The translations under genes were made by a program, and so were the position numbers. 58,390 nt of DNA from a virus (taxonomy: Duplodnaviria > Caudoviricetes), in the IMG/VR virus record IMGVR_UViG_3300049259_000203, positions 1 through 58,390 of that record. The stretch is one strand, 5' to 3'. Position 1 is the stretch's first letter; each line of letters opens with the position of its first letter. The notes beneath the pieces were generated by a model. It searched no databases, was not told where the DNA came from, and was given only the letters and a program-made list of their open reading frames with translations. Of the stretch, positions 34,285-44,142 are shown piece by piece.

Positions 34285-34353
34285 GCGCAGGACCGGGGAT
34301 ACGCCGCGACGATCACCCGGGACCTCATCGCTACGCAGCCTAACCCTCGCACG

Positions 34354-34638
34354 TCAGCGTGTCCCCGACCGCGGCGGCTTCTTTGCAGGCGGCCGTCGCT
34401 TCGGTGGCTCCGGGTCGGGACGGCGATGCCGGTTCTTCCGCTCGTCGGCGTTCAGCAGCACCGGGAGCCCCATCATCGCGAGCAGCGCGTAGATGATGAG
34501 CGGCCGCGCCTGGTTGTCGTAGGCGACCTCGTACGCCATGCCGGCCATGCCTCCGACCAGCAGCGCCGTGTCCCTCGTCACCCTGGCCCGCATGGCGTCG
34601 AGTCTGACGCGCGGCACGCAGCGCGCGCGGTAGGACAC
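34354..34638 (-). CDS. Two-TM membrane protein of the lysis cassette
   Basis: Two hydrophobic segments and a basic C-terminus; follows the endolysin. Confidence 0.6.
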   Translation of the reverse strand: MSYRARCVPRVRLDAMRARVTRDTALLVGGMAGMAYEVAYDNQARPLIIYALLAMMGLPVLLNADERKNRHRRPDPEPPKRRPPAKKPPRSGTR

Positions 34639-34662
34639 GAACGGTGCCCGGCGCGCCGCCGG

Positions 34663-35499
34663 TCAGCGGGTCACGGAGGCGGTCCACGCGGCGTCCCACA
34701 GCGCGCGGTTCACGGCGACGTACGAGTGGCCGCGGTACGACGTGCGCGTGACGGCGATCCGCTTCTCCTTCGCGAACGCCTCCGCGACTGCCGCCGAGTC
34801 CGGGCCGTACGCGCCGTCGACGCCGATCTTCCACCCGCGCTTGTGCATCTGGTCCTGCCAGACGCGCTGCGGGTGCCCGCTGGTGAGGACGGTCAGCGGG
34901 TGGCCCGGGTACACCGGGTGCGCCGGCGGCTTCGGCGGGGTGGCCGGCTTCACGGCCGACGGGTGCGGCGGCACGATCAGGCCGCTGTGCACGAACGCGC
35001 GGAGCTCGTCGCCCGGGCACGCCGTCTGGCCGGTCGCCGAGTGCGGGAACGGCTCGAGCCGGTTCCCGTGCCGCCGGCTGCCCTCGTTGACGACCCACAG
35101 GATGCCGCGGCGGGCGCCGGGCGTGACGTCCGCGCGGCCGGGGTCGTCGTCGCCCAGGAACACGACGCCGAGGCCCGCCGTGTTGTGACCCTCGGTGTGC
35201 GCGCCGACGCCGTACCAGCCGCGGCCTTCGAGGATGTGGCACGCCTGCGGGTCGTGCAGGTCGATCGCGACGCCGAAGTTGTAGCCGACTCCGTGCTCCC
35301 AGTGCTTCTCCTCGCGGTGGAACCGGTCGATCGCGCGCCACCAGGCCCGGAAGTCCGGCTGCCCGAGCTCCTCGCCGGTCGTGTAGTGGATGCGGCTGTC
35401 GGTCTTCCCGCCGGTGCCGACCCGAGCGCCGTCGAAGGGCCGCAGCCCGATCTCGGCGCGGGACCAGAGGGTGACGCCTGGGGCGACGGTGAGCGGCAT
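34663..35499 (-). CDS. Endolysin: N-acetylmuramoyl-L-alanine amidase (PGRP type) with peptidoglycan-binding domain
   Basis: IHYT..GYNF..EGRGW..GAHT..H..TACPG; C-terminal WQ..RGW.I.VDGAYGP. Confidence 0.9.
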   Translation of the reverse strand: MPLTVAPGVTLWSRAEIGLRPFDGARVGTGGKTDSRIHYTTGEELGQPDFRAWWRAIDRFHREEKHWEHGVGYNFGVAIDLHDPQACHILEGRGWYGVGAHTEGHNTAGLGVVFLGDDDPGRADVTPGARRGILWVVNEGSRRHGNRLEPFPHSATGQTACPGDELRAFVHSGLIVPPHPSAVKPATPPKPPAHPVYPGHPLTVLTSGHPQRVWQDQMHKRGWKIGVDGAYGPDSAAVAEAFAKEKRIAVTRTSYRGHSYVAVNRALWDAAWTASVTR

Positions 35500-35592
35500 G
35501 GCGGGCCTCCTGAGCAAGGGCGGGTCGTCGCGGTCACTGTACAGCGACGTGGCGGCCTCTCCTGACGCCTCGTAGCGTCGGCGCGCCGACGC

Positions 35593-36312
35593 CTAGATGC
35601 CGACGTCTTCGACGTGCAGCCAGCCGTACGAGTTGCCCTGCGTCATCAGCACGTCGCCGGCGCCCGCCGTGCGCTTGATCGTCATGGCGAGCACCGTGAC
35701 CCCGGTGGCGGCGGCGACGAACGGCCGCATCGTGATGTTCGTCTCGGCACCTGCGCCGGCGTTGACGTCGATCCTCATGTCGGACGTGCTCACCATCGCA
35801 CTCGACGTCGTCGGGAGGGCCGCCGACCCGGACGAGCGGATGATGACGCCGATCGTCGCCGGGCCCGCTGCGGCCTGCACGCGCCCGTACCCGGTCACCC
35901 GGTACCGGCGTCCGGCGATCAGCGTCACCGTCGCGTAGATCGGGACGACGGTCTCCGCGCCACCGACCGCGGTTATCGAGAACGACGCGTTCTCGACGTA
36001 GCCGCCGGGCACGGTGCCGAGCATCCCGCCGCTGCGCTTCGTGCCCAGCACGAGCAGCGAGGCGCCCGATTGCGCGACCCACACGTCGTCGCCGACGACC
36101 GGCGAGTACCAGCCCAGGCACGGCACCCCGAGGATCACGACGGCCGACCCGGCGTAGGAGATGCCGACGGTGAGCTGGTTCGCCGCGACGGACTGCACCG
36201 TCGCCTCCCGGAACGCCGCCTGCGGCGCGCCGGGGCGCCCCGTGCCGAGAAGCCTCGCCGCCTCGTCGACCCGGTCGAGACCAGCCAGCAGTGCGTCCTC
36301 CGCTGCCGTCAT
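35593..36312 (-). CDS. Minor tail protein (tail tip/spike-like)
   Basis: Last gene of the tail module; YSPVVGDDVWV..LLVLG OB-like N-terminus. Confidence 0.65.
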   Translation of the reverse strand: MTAAEDALLAGLDRVDEAARLLGTGRPGAPQAAFREATVQSVAANQLTVGISYAGSAVVILGVPCLGWYSPVVGDDVWVAQSGASLLVLGTKRSGGMLGTVPGGYVENASFSITAVGGAETVVPIYATVTLIAGRRYRVTGYGRVQAAAGPATIGVIIRSSGSAALPTTSSAMVSTSDMRIDVNAGAGAETNITMRPFVAAATGVTVLAMTIKRTAGAGDVLMTQGNSYGWLHVEDVGI

Positions 36313-37418
36313 CACGCCACCCGCCGGCGTCGTACCGTGCCCGGCATCTTGCCGTCGACGGTGAGCGGGATGGTGAACTGCTGCAACAGCCCGATCTCGT
36401 TGATCTTCGCGGCGGCGCGCTGCACGAGCACGGAGTCGCCGCCCTCGTGCGCTGGGTTCGGCGCGGCGACGAACCGCACCGTCTCCGTGCCGCCGAGGTT
36501 CTTCCGCATCAGCCCGGTCGCCATCGCCACCGCCTGCGACGTCGTCGTCACGAACTCCGACCGCTCCACGACCGGCCGCTTGCCGTACGGGCCCAGGTAG
36601 TACGTCGGGCTCGTCGGGTCGGTGTCCCACGCCTCGCCGCGGACGGGCACGCTGTTCGACGTCGACTCGCCGAAGACGATCGCGCCGTTGCTGCCGTCCT
36701 CCGTCGAGTACGTCTTGCCGGCGCTCGCGATGACCGACGCTGCGCCCTCGGCGTACGTGAAGTCCGCGACGGCGGCGGCCGTCGGCTCCTCCTCGATCAC
36801 GCACACCCCGTCGGCGTCGAAGTACAGCGTGCAGCCGACGCTCTCGGCGAGCTTCTGCGCCGCCTCCCAGCGGTCGGTCCCGGCGTCGAAGATCAGCAGC
36901 GGCGTGACGTCCGCGACGGCCTGGATCGAGAACGTCGTGCCCGGCCGGCCGTCGAGGATGAGCGCCTGGATCGCGGTGCCGACGTTCGTGCCGGCCGCCA
37001 CGATCCACACGTCGGTCAGCTTCGCCGCGGACACCGCGGCCGCGCGGTCCTTGCCGGCGCAGGTGAGCACCAGCCGGTCGTCCTCCTCGGCGATGTCGGT
37101 CGTCGTGAGCCCGAACACCCCGATCGGCATGTACTCGTCGCCGGCCGACGTCGTGAAGCCGCGGTACAGCTTGACCTCGTTGCCGTACGGCGTCATCGGG
37201 TCACCGGCCTGCCCGGGGATCAGCGTGCCGGTCGGATCGGCCAGGACCAGGGTCGGGCAGGTGCGCCGCACAGCGGCGGTCACGTCGACGTTGACGGAGC
37301 CGTCGAGCACCGGCAGGCCGCCCACGAGGAGCTGGTCGCCGCGGTACAGGTCGGCCTTCGTGATGACCCGGCCGCCGTTGAGCAGCGCGTCGCGGAACGT
37401 CGCGGTCATCGCCCTCAT
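36312..37418 (-). CDS. Minor tail protein (DUF5047/hub-like)
   Basis: GSVNVD..VRRTC..PYGNEV..GVF..APNPAHEGGD; second gene after the tape measure. Confidence 0.75.
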   Translation of the reverse strand: MRAMTATFRDALLNGGRVITKADLYRGDQLLVGGLPVLDGSVNVDVTAAVRRTCPTLVLADPTGTLIPGQAGDPMTPYGNEVKLYRGFTTSAGDEYMPIGVFGLTTTDIAEEDDRLVLTCAGKDRAAAVSAAKLTDVWIVAAGTNVGTAIQALILDGRPGTTFSIQAVADVTPLLIFDAGTDRWEAAQKLAESVGCTLYFDADGVCVIEEEPTAAAVADFTYAEGAASVIASAGKTYSTEDGSNGAIVFGESTSNSVPVRGEAWDTDPTSPTYYLGPYGKRPVVERSEFVTTTSQAVAMATGLMRKNLGGTETVRFVAAPNPAHEGGDSVLVQRAAAKINEIGLLQQFTIPLTVDGKMPGTVRRRRVA

Positions 37419-39490
37419 GCCGGCGCGTCCACCTCGACGAGCTGGACGGCGAGGCGCCGGTAGGGCTTCGTCAGCCGCTCGACGGACCGGGCGAGCGTGC
37501 GGGACAGCTCAGGCCCGAAGCGCACCCACCACTGCTGGCCCGGCATGTCGGTCTGGAGCAGCAGCGTCCGCCCGGACTCGCGGAGCAGCTCGATCGCCTG
37601 CCACTCGGCCTCGCTGAACGCCTGGATGACGACGGGGAACACGTTGCCGAGCATCCCGCCGCTGTACGGCACCGGCTTCGTACGCCCGAGGAACTCGAAG
37701 AACACCACCCGCTCGCGCTTCGACGACTCCCACGCGTCGCCGGTCAGGCTGACGTGCCGGTTGCGGGTCGGGTCGGTGATGTCCTTGAGCCACGTCACCC
37801 CGGCGGTCGCCGCCAGCGTCACCGTGGCGACGGCGCTCGGGTCGCTCGTCAGCGTGTACGCGCCGTCGGTGCCGTACGACGACGCCCGGTACCGCGGCGA
37901 GCCGTACGGCGCGGTGTAGTCGACGACGACGAGCTGCTGCGTCGCGTCGGTCAGGTCGACCGCCGACAGCCCGGGCACGGTGGCCCAGGTGACGCCGCCG
38001 TCGTCGGACCGCTCGACCTTGATCCGCTGCGTGGCGGTGATCCCGCCCCGCGTCCACGAGGCGGGCAGCGTGCCGGCCATCTTCGCCGGCGTCAACCCGA
38101 TCTGGTCGATGCGCCACTGCTCGTTCAGCGCGGGCCCGACGACCTCGACGTACGGCGCGCACTTCGTCGCGCCCGCCGGCGCGACCGCGAGGATCGTGGC
38201 CTCGGAGAAGCCGCCAGCACCGGGCGTGATGACCCCGCCCGCCGACGTCGACAGCAGCGCCCCCGCCGCGTTGAACCAGCGGATGCCGACCCGCGTGTTC
38301 CGCGCCAACCCGACGGCCTGCTTGAACGACGCCCGCGCCGCGTACGTCACGCCCGCCAGGCACGGCACCTGCGCGGGGACGGCGACCGTCGCCGTCATCG
38401 TGCCGCCGCCGGTCGACGTCATGCGCAGCGCACCGGCCACCCCGAGGTCGCCGGCGACGGTGTCGACGGCGAGGGTGCAGTTCAGCAGCACGATCCAGTC
38501 GGCGACGCCGACCGTCGTGTCGAGGTCCGCGCTCGTCTTCGACAGCCCGTTATCGAGCCCCTGGATCGTGAGCGTCACCTTGCTGTTGACCGCGTCGGCG
38601 ACCGCGGTCAGCTCCGGCGTCGCGGGCAGCGGTACGGCGGGTACGAAGTCGGCGGCCGCGACCCACGGGCTCCAGTTGTGCGAGCCTGCGTCCTTCGCCC
38701 GCGCGTACGCCCGGTAGGTGACCCCGTTCGCCAGGTCGGTGCCGACGCGCGCCGACGTCGCGCTGCCCGCGACCTGGCCGCTCGTCCACAGCGGCGACGA
38801 CGTGTCGGGGCTGAACCCGGCCGCGCCGAACTGCGCCGCCGTGAAGACCTTGACCTCGTACGCCTCCTGCGCCTCGCCTTCGGTGTCGGCGTACACCCAC
38901 GACACGAGAGGCCGCGGCGCGATCGTCGTCTCCGAGACGGTCGTGACGACCGTCGGCGGCATGTTGTAGTACACGTTCACGTACGCGCGGACGATGAACC
39001 ACTCGCCGGTGCCCGGCACCGGGCCCTGCGGCGTGAGGACGAGCTGGAGCGCGTTCAGGTCCGCGACGGTGAGCGCCCGCTGCACCGGCGTCGACCCGTT
39101 CGTCGGGACCGGGGTGCGCGTCGTCACCACCGGGCCGGACTTGTCGATCGGCAGCCCGCCGGAGATCGCCGGCGTCGTCGCGCCGAGCTCCTCCGCAAGC
39201 TCCGTCGACGTGGCGGGGATCAGCAGCGCGGCCTTGATCGCGCTGCCGTTGAACGCGGGGTAGCCGCGGATGACGAGGTTGACCTTCGTGATGACCGCAC
39301 CGGCGGGGATGACCGGGTTGGCGAGGCTCACGTACAGCGCCGTCGCACCGGCCGTGCCGCCGGACCACGCGTACGTCGAGTCGAGCGCGTCGGCGAGGTT
39401 CGCCTGGATCGTGCCGCCGGACGCGCCGACGGTCCACCCGTTCGCGGCGACGACCGCGTCCGGCGCGATCGTGACGAGCGTGTCGGTCAT
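37415..39490 (-). CDS. Minor tail protein (distal-tail-like, with Fn3/carbohydrate-binding-like inserts)
   Basis: MTDTLVT start overlaps the TMP stop; beta-rich; C-terminal WLKD..GRTKP..LLLQ. Confidence 0.75.
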   Translation of the reverse strand: MTDTLVTIAPDAVVAANGWTVGASGGTIQANLADALDSTYAWSGGTAGATALYVSLANPVIPAGAVITKVNLVIRGYPAFNGSAIKAALLIPATSTELAEELGATTPAISGGLPIDKSGPVVTTRTPVPTNGSTPVQRALTVADLNALQLVLTPQGPVPGTGEWFIVRAYVNVYYNMPPTVVTTVSETTIAPRPLVSWVYADTEGEAQEAYEVKVFTAAQFGAAGFSPDTSSPLWTSGQVAGSATSARVGTDLANGVTYRAYARAKDAGSHNWSPWVAAADFVPAVPLPATPELTAVADAVNSKVTLTIQGLDNGLSKTSADLDTTVGVADWIVLLNCTLAVDTVAGDLGVAGALRMTSTGGGTMTATVAVPAQVPCLAGVTYAARASFKQAVGLARNTRVGIRWFNAAGALLSTSAGGVITPGAGGFSEATILAVAPAGATKCAPYVEVVGPALNEQWRIDQIGLTPAKMAGTLPASWTRGGITATQRIKVERSDDGGVTWATVPGLSAVDLTDATQQLVVVDYTAPYGSPRYRASSYGTDGAYTLTSDPSAVATVTLAATAGVTWLKDITDPTRNRHVSLTGDAWESSKRERVVFFEFLGRTKPVPYSGGMLGNVFPVVIQAFSEAEWQAIELLRESGRTLLLQTDMPGQQWWVRFGPELSRTLARSVERLTKPYRRLAVQLVEVDAPA

Positions 39491-42400
39491 CGGCTCCCGC
39501 TCCCTGCCTGGAGGCGGTCGACGAGCCTGTCGAACGCCGCGCCGACGGTGGCGCCGACCTGCTCCCCGATCGCGTCCGCGTCGGGGTTGCCCCGGGCGTC
39601 GACCTCGACCTTGAGCGCGCCGGCCGCGATGTACGTCCCGCCGCGCGACCCGGCGGGGATGAGCCGGTAGCCGAAGCCACCCGCGAGCTGGTGCATCAGC
39701 GCGACCGTCCCGGCCCGCTTGCTGCGGCCGAGCGGCAGGTACGCCTCCCCGCCGGTCTCCGGCTCGGCCCACTGCCGCGGCGAGTACGCCACCTGCGGGC
39801 CGTGCCACTCGATGCCGCCCTGCGCGTACGCCCGCGGCTGCTCCCCGCGCGCGATCGCGGCCAGGTCGGCGCGCAGCGCGGTCATCGACCCGGCCGGGAC
39901 CTTCGAGAACAGGTCCTTGAACCGGTCGAGCAGCGTCAGCACCGTCGGGATGTCCATGCCGGACCCGGCGGCCAGGCCCCTCAGGCCGATGTTCTTCTGC
40001 CCGGTGAGCACGCCGATGAGCTTGAGCGCGTCGGTGAGCTGCGGGCCGGCGAGCCCGCCCTGCGCCTTGAGGTCCTTCTCGATGCCGGCGAGCTGCGCCT
40101 TGTTCGCCCCGGCGGCCTGGTGCGCGATCGCGCCGCCCTGCTCGACCCCCATCTCGCCGAGCTGCGCCGCGAGCGCGGCGTGGCCGGTCTTGACGAGCTT
40201 CACCAGGTCGGCCTCGAACTGCTGCTGCTCCTTCACGCCGACGTGCAGCTCGTCGGCGTACGACGCGAGCGCGCTCCTGGCCGCCGGCGCGATCTTCCGC
40301 AGCTCCCGGGTGAGCGCCTTGAGCTGCGCCCCGGTGGCGTGCGCGAACTTCTCGACGAGCGGCACGCCCTCCTCGCCCATGTCGGCGAGCGCCTGCGCGA
40401 CGTCGTCGCCGGCGGTCCTGGCGATCCGCGCGAGGTTCTTCCGCCACCGCTCCTGCACCGCGACGGACTTCGCGAGTTCGGCCTGGAACGTCTTGATGTC
40501 GACGTGCGGCGCGACGTAGTAGTCGTCGACGGTGCGCTGCGTCTTGGCCTTCGGGTGGGCGGTGTTCCACGCGTCGGCCTGCTTCTGCGCCTTGTCCTGC
40601 GCGGCGGCCTCCAGCCGCGACATCAGGTCGCTGTACACCTTCGACGCGCTTGTGAACGTCGGCACGGTCGTCCCGCCGGCCGCAGCGGGTACGACGGCCA
40701 TCCCGAACTGCTCGGCGACGGCCTTGAGGATCGCCGTCGACCGGCCGCGCTTCATCGGCGACATCGGGATGAACGCCTCGCCGCCGGTGCCCGGCTCGGC
40801 CCACTGGATCAGCGTGCCTTCGGGCCGGATCGTCGCCTGCCCGGGCAGCCGCAGCCCGCCGTCCGCGCGGGTCTCGTCGGCGCGCGCGCGGCCGCCGCTC
40901 GGCGGGACGAACGTGATCGTCGCGCTGCCACCCGTCGCGCCGATCTGCTGCCGGAACTTGTTGAGCTCGCGCTGCGCCTCCTCCTGGCCGGCGATCTCCA
41001 GCCGCAGCACGGTGTTACGGGGCAGCGCGTCCAGCACCGAGCCGAGCTCGCCGAGCGCGTCGTTGACCTCGGTGACGGTCCGCCCGATCGACGTCGCGAT
41101 CTGCTCGGCGGTGGCGTTGCCGTGGGTGCGGGCGATCTCCTGCGTGACGAGGAGCTGCGTCTCCAGCTCGCGGCCGGACTCGGGGATCGCCGTCCGGTAC
41201 GCGTTCGTCAGCCGGTCCAGCAGCGCGTTCCCGGCGGCGGTTCCGATCGACCCTGCGGCCTTCGCGACGATCGACGCCCCCTCCGGTCCGAGCTGCGCGA
41301 GCTGGATCGCCAGGTCACCGCGGCCGGCGGCGGCGAGCTTCCCGAGGTTCGCGGCCCACGCCGCCTGGTCGGCGACCTGCTTCTCGAGGATGCGGGTGAA
41401 CTCCGCGAGGCTCTGCTCCGTCTCGTCGGGCAGCCGCTTGAACTCGGCGGTGATCTTGTCGACTTCCCGCTGGCTGCCCGTCGCCATCGCGTGCATCAGC
41501 GCGATGCCGTCGTCGCCCATGTCCTTGATCGCCGACGCGACCTCCGGGCCGGCGCGGCGCACGACGGTCGCGTAGTCCCGTTCCCACTGCAACGTCGCGT
41601 CGACGCTCTTGTGCAGCTCGCGGGACACCGAGTGCAGGGACGCCTTGCCCTTCTCGTTGAACGACGCGAGCGCGTCGCTGGCGGGCCCGGTGAGGCCGAG
41701 GATCGAGTCGCGCGCCGCGGAGCCCTGGTCGACGAACGACTCCAGCGCCTTGCCGAGCGCCTTCTGCGCCTCGGTGAGCTTGTCGTCGGCGGTGGCGGCG
41801 CCGGTCGTTGCCGCGCCGAGCTGCGCGAGCTGCTTGCGCTGCTCCCCGGTCGCCGCGTTCGTCCGGTCGATGACCCCCTGCTTCTCCAGCTCGGCGGCCG
41901 TCTTCTTCTTGTCCGCCTCGACGGCGTCGTTGTACTGGCCGGTCAGGTCGCCGAGGATGCCGCCCTGGTTGACCAGGGTGCCGCTCGTGTTCCCGGCCGC
42001 GTAGTTGACCCCGTCGAACGCGACCCCGAGCTCGCCAGCGATCTTCTCGACGTCCTTCATCCGCTGGCTGTCGGAGCCGAAGAAGTCCGTCGATTTCGAC
42101 AGGTCCTTCTTGAACGCCGGGCTGTTCACGATCGCCTCAAGCGCCGACTTGAGGCGCGCAGCGGCCTCCTCGTTGCCGAGGATCGACCCGACCATGTCGT
42201 CGAGGCTCAGACCGAGCCGCTTCGCGACGTCGGCGGCGCCGCTCTTGACGAGTTGGTCGACGGCCCACGCCTTCGTTGCGTCCTCGACGCCGTCCCGTTC
42301 GGCCTTGAGCGCGTCGGCGAGCGCGAGCTTCTGCGCGGTGACCTTCTTCTCCTCGCGGACGTGCAGCGTCCAGATCACCGTCGCCGCGGTGATCGCGAGC

Positions 42401-43743
42401 ATCAGCGGACCCATCGCCGACTGCACGATACCCAACGCGCCGGCCACCGCGGGGGCCTGCGCCTGGAGCAGCGTGAACTCGGCGCGCATCGCGGCGATCC
42501 GCGGCGCTGCGATGAGGTACGCGCCACCGAGCAGCGTGATCCCGGCGATCAGCACGGTCGTCAACGTCGCGACGGTCTTCACCGGTCCCGGCAGCGCGGA
42601 GAACGCGTCGGCGACGCTCGTGATGAGCGCGACGAGCGGCCGCAGGACCGGCAGCAGCGCCCGCCCGAACTCGATCGCCATAGCGCCGACGGACGCCTTC
42701 GCCTGGTCGATCTGGAACCCGAGCGAGCGGCTCTGGATTTCGAGGGCCTTCTGCGCCGCGCCGGCGCGCACCGTCTCGTCGGCGACCCCGGCGAACACCC
42801 GCTCGTAGTTCGCGCCGTCGCCGGACATGAGCGCCAGCGCACCGCGCGCCGCCCTGATCTCCGGGAACAGCTTGATGAGCTCCTCGACCTGGCCGCCGGT
42901 CGACTCGCGCAGCAGGTCGATGACGCCCTTGAGGCCGAGCGCGTCGAGCGCGGCCTTCCCGGACTCGTAGCCCATCCCGGCGAGCTGGCTCTTGAGCTCG
43001 TCCGACGGGTCGATCAGCGCCTGGAGGACCCGGTTCAGGCTGGTGCCCGCCTCGGCGGCGCTCACACCGGACAGCGTCATCGTCGCGATCGCCGCGCCGA
43101 GCTCGTCGAACTGCACGCCCGCCTGCGACCCGAGACCGACGAAGTCGCCGACGGTGCCCGCGAGCTCGTCGAACGTGACGACGCCCAGGTTGACCGTCTG
43201 GAACATGACGTCGGACACGTCGCCGGCGTCGGCGGCCGTCAGCCCGTACGCGTTCAGGACCGCGGTGAGACCTCTGGCGGCGGTCGCGGTGTTGCTCAGG
43301 CCGGCGCGGGCGTCGGTGCCCGCGGCGTTGAGCACGGTGAGCCCGTCGGCGCCGGCGAATCCCGACGACGCGACGTCGTACAGCCCGGATGCGAGGTCGC
43401 CGGCGCCGACGCCGAGCTTCCGCGACATGTCCAGGACGGCGTCGCCAGCGGCGGTCGTGTTGTCGCGGACGTAGTCGCTGATCGTCGCGACGTTCGCCAT
43501 CTTGCGTTCGAAGCTGATCGCCGCACCGCCGCCGAACACGAGCGCAGCGGACAGGCCGACACCGACCGCGGTCGTCAGGCGCCCGACGCCGCCGTAGAGC
43601 TGCTTCGCCTGCGTCGACGCGTCCTGCACGTCCCGCGCGAACTTCTTGACGTCGCGGCCGCCCGACGACATGTCGCGGGAGAACGACCCGATGTTCGTGC
43701 GGAACTGGACGCCGATGACGCGGGCGAGCCCCGCCCCTAGCAC
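39487..43743 (-). CDS. Tape measure protein
   Basis: 1418 aa, Ala/Gly-rich helical; TP901-type N-terminal region, hydrophobic middle, WAEP.TGGEA motifs. Confidence 0.93.
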   Translation of the reverse strand: MLGAGLARVIGVQFRTNIGSFSRDMSSGGRDVKKFARDVQDASTQAKQLYGGVGRLTTAVGVGLSAALVFGGGAAISFERKMANVATISDYVRDNTTAAGDAVLDMSRKLGVGAGDLASGLYDVASSGFAGADGLTVLNAAGTDARAGLSNTATAARGLTAVLNAYGLTAADAGDVSDVMFQTVNLGVVTFDELAGTVGDFVGLGSQAGVQFDELGAAIATMTLSGVSAAEAGTSLNRVLQALIDPSDELKSQLAGMGYESGKAALDALGLKGVIDLLRESTGGQVEELIKLFPEIRAARGALALMSGDGANYERVFAGVADETVRAGAAQKALEIQSRSLGFQIDQAKASVGAMAIEFGRALLPVLRPLVALITSVADAFSALPGPVKTVATLTTVLIAGITLLGGAYLIAAPRIAAMRAEFTLLQAQAPAVAGALGIVQSAMGPLMLAITAATVIWTLHVREEKKVTAQKLALADALKAERDGVEDATKAWAVDQLVKSGAADVAKRLGLSLDDMVGSILGNEEAAARLKSALEAIVNSPAFKKDLSKSTDFFGSDSQRMKDVEKIAGELGVAFDGVNYAAGNTSGTLVNQGGILGDLTGQYNDAVEADKKKTAAELEKQGVIDRTNAATGEQRKQLAQLGAATTGAATADDKLTEAQKALGKALESFVDQGSAARDSILGLTGPASDALASFNEKGKASLHSVSRELHKSVDATLQWERDYATVVRRAGPEVASAIKDMGDDGIALMHAMATGSQREVDKITAEFKRLPDETEQSLAEFTRILEKQVADQAAWAANLGKLAAAGRGDLAIQLAQLGPEGASIVAKAAGSIGTAAGNALLDRLTNAYRTAIPESGRELETQLLVTQEIARTHGNATAEQIATSIGRTVTEVNDALGELGSVLDALPRNTVLRLEIAGQEEAQRELNKFRQQIGATGGSATITFVPPSGGRARADETRADGGLRLPGQATIRPEGTLIQWAEPGTGGEAFIPMSPMKRGRSTAILKAVAEQFGMAVVPAAAGGTTVPTFTSASKVYSDLMSRLEAAAQDKAQKQADAWNTAHPKAKTQRTVDDYYVAPHVDIKTFQAELAKSVAVQERWRKNLARIARTAGDDVAQALADMGEEGVPLVEKFAHATGAQLKALTRELRKIAPAARSALASYADELHVGVKEQQQFEADLVKLVKTGHAALAAQLGEMGVEQGGAIAHQAAGANKAQLAGIEKDLKAQGGLAGPQLTDALKLIGVLTGQKNIGLRGLAAGSGMDIPTVLTLLDRFKDLFSKVPAGSMTALRADLAAIARGEQPRAYAQGGIEWHGPQVAYSPRQWAEPETGGEAYLPLGRSKRAGTVALMHQLAGGFGYRLIPAGSRGGTYIAAGALKVEVDARGNPDADAIGEQVGATVGAAFDRLVDRLQAGSGSR

Positions 43744-43749
43744 GGCCGG

Positions 43750-44142
43750 CTACCCGTCGGCGCTGGCGTCGGCGGTCGGCTCGTCGTACGACAGGCCCGC
43801 CCGCTCCTCGTCGGTCGGCGGCCGCAGGTACGCGTGCACCCCGCGCTCGTCGTCGCCGACGCTCGCGTACGCCTGCTCGACCCGCTCGCAGCCGAGGCAG
43901 CGGTGCGTGTCCGCGAGGTACGCGTCAGGGTCACGCTCCCACTCCTCCGGCAACGTCCGGCACTTCGGGCACCGCCGGGCTTCCCGGCGGGTCCACGCGA
44001 GCGCCTTGTCCTGGTCGTCGTCGAGCCAGTACGGCTCGTTCGGGCCCGGGACCCGCCCCAGGAAGATCGAGTGCGGGATGCCGAGCGGCACGCAGTACGC
44101 GAGCTCCTCTCGTAGCCGGTCGTCGGTCTCTAGGCGTTTCCC
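43750..44142 (-). CDS. Tail assembly chaperone, frameshift-extended part
   Basis: -1 frame entered at GGGAAAC: GKRLETDDRLREEL..W..DQDKALAW..CPKC..CLGC. Confidence 0.75.
   Translation of the reverse strand, partial: GKRLETDDRLREELAYCVPLGIPHSIFLGRVPGPNEPYWLDDDQDKALAWTRREARRCPKCRTLPEEWERDPDAYLADTHRCLGCERVEQAYASVGDDERGVHAYLRPPTDEERAGLSYDEPTADASADG

Noticed and set aside
39491-40804. 1129-aa version of the minor tail ORF
   Set aside because: The extra part overlaps the tape measure gene in another frame; the start at 39490 has an RBS and an ATGA overlap.
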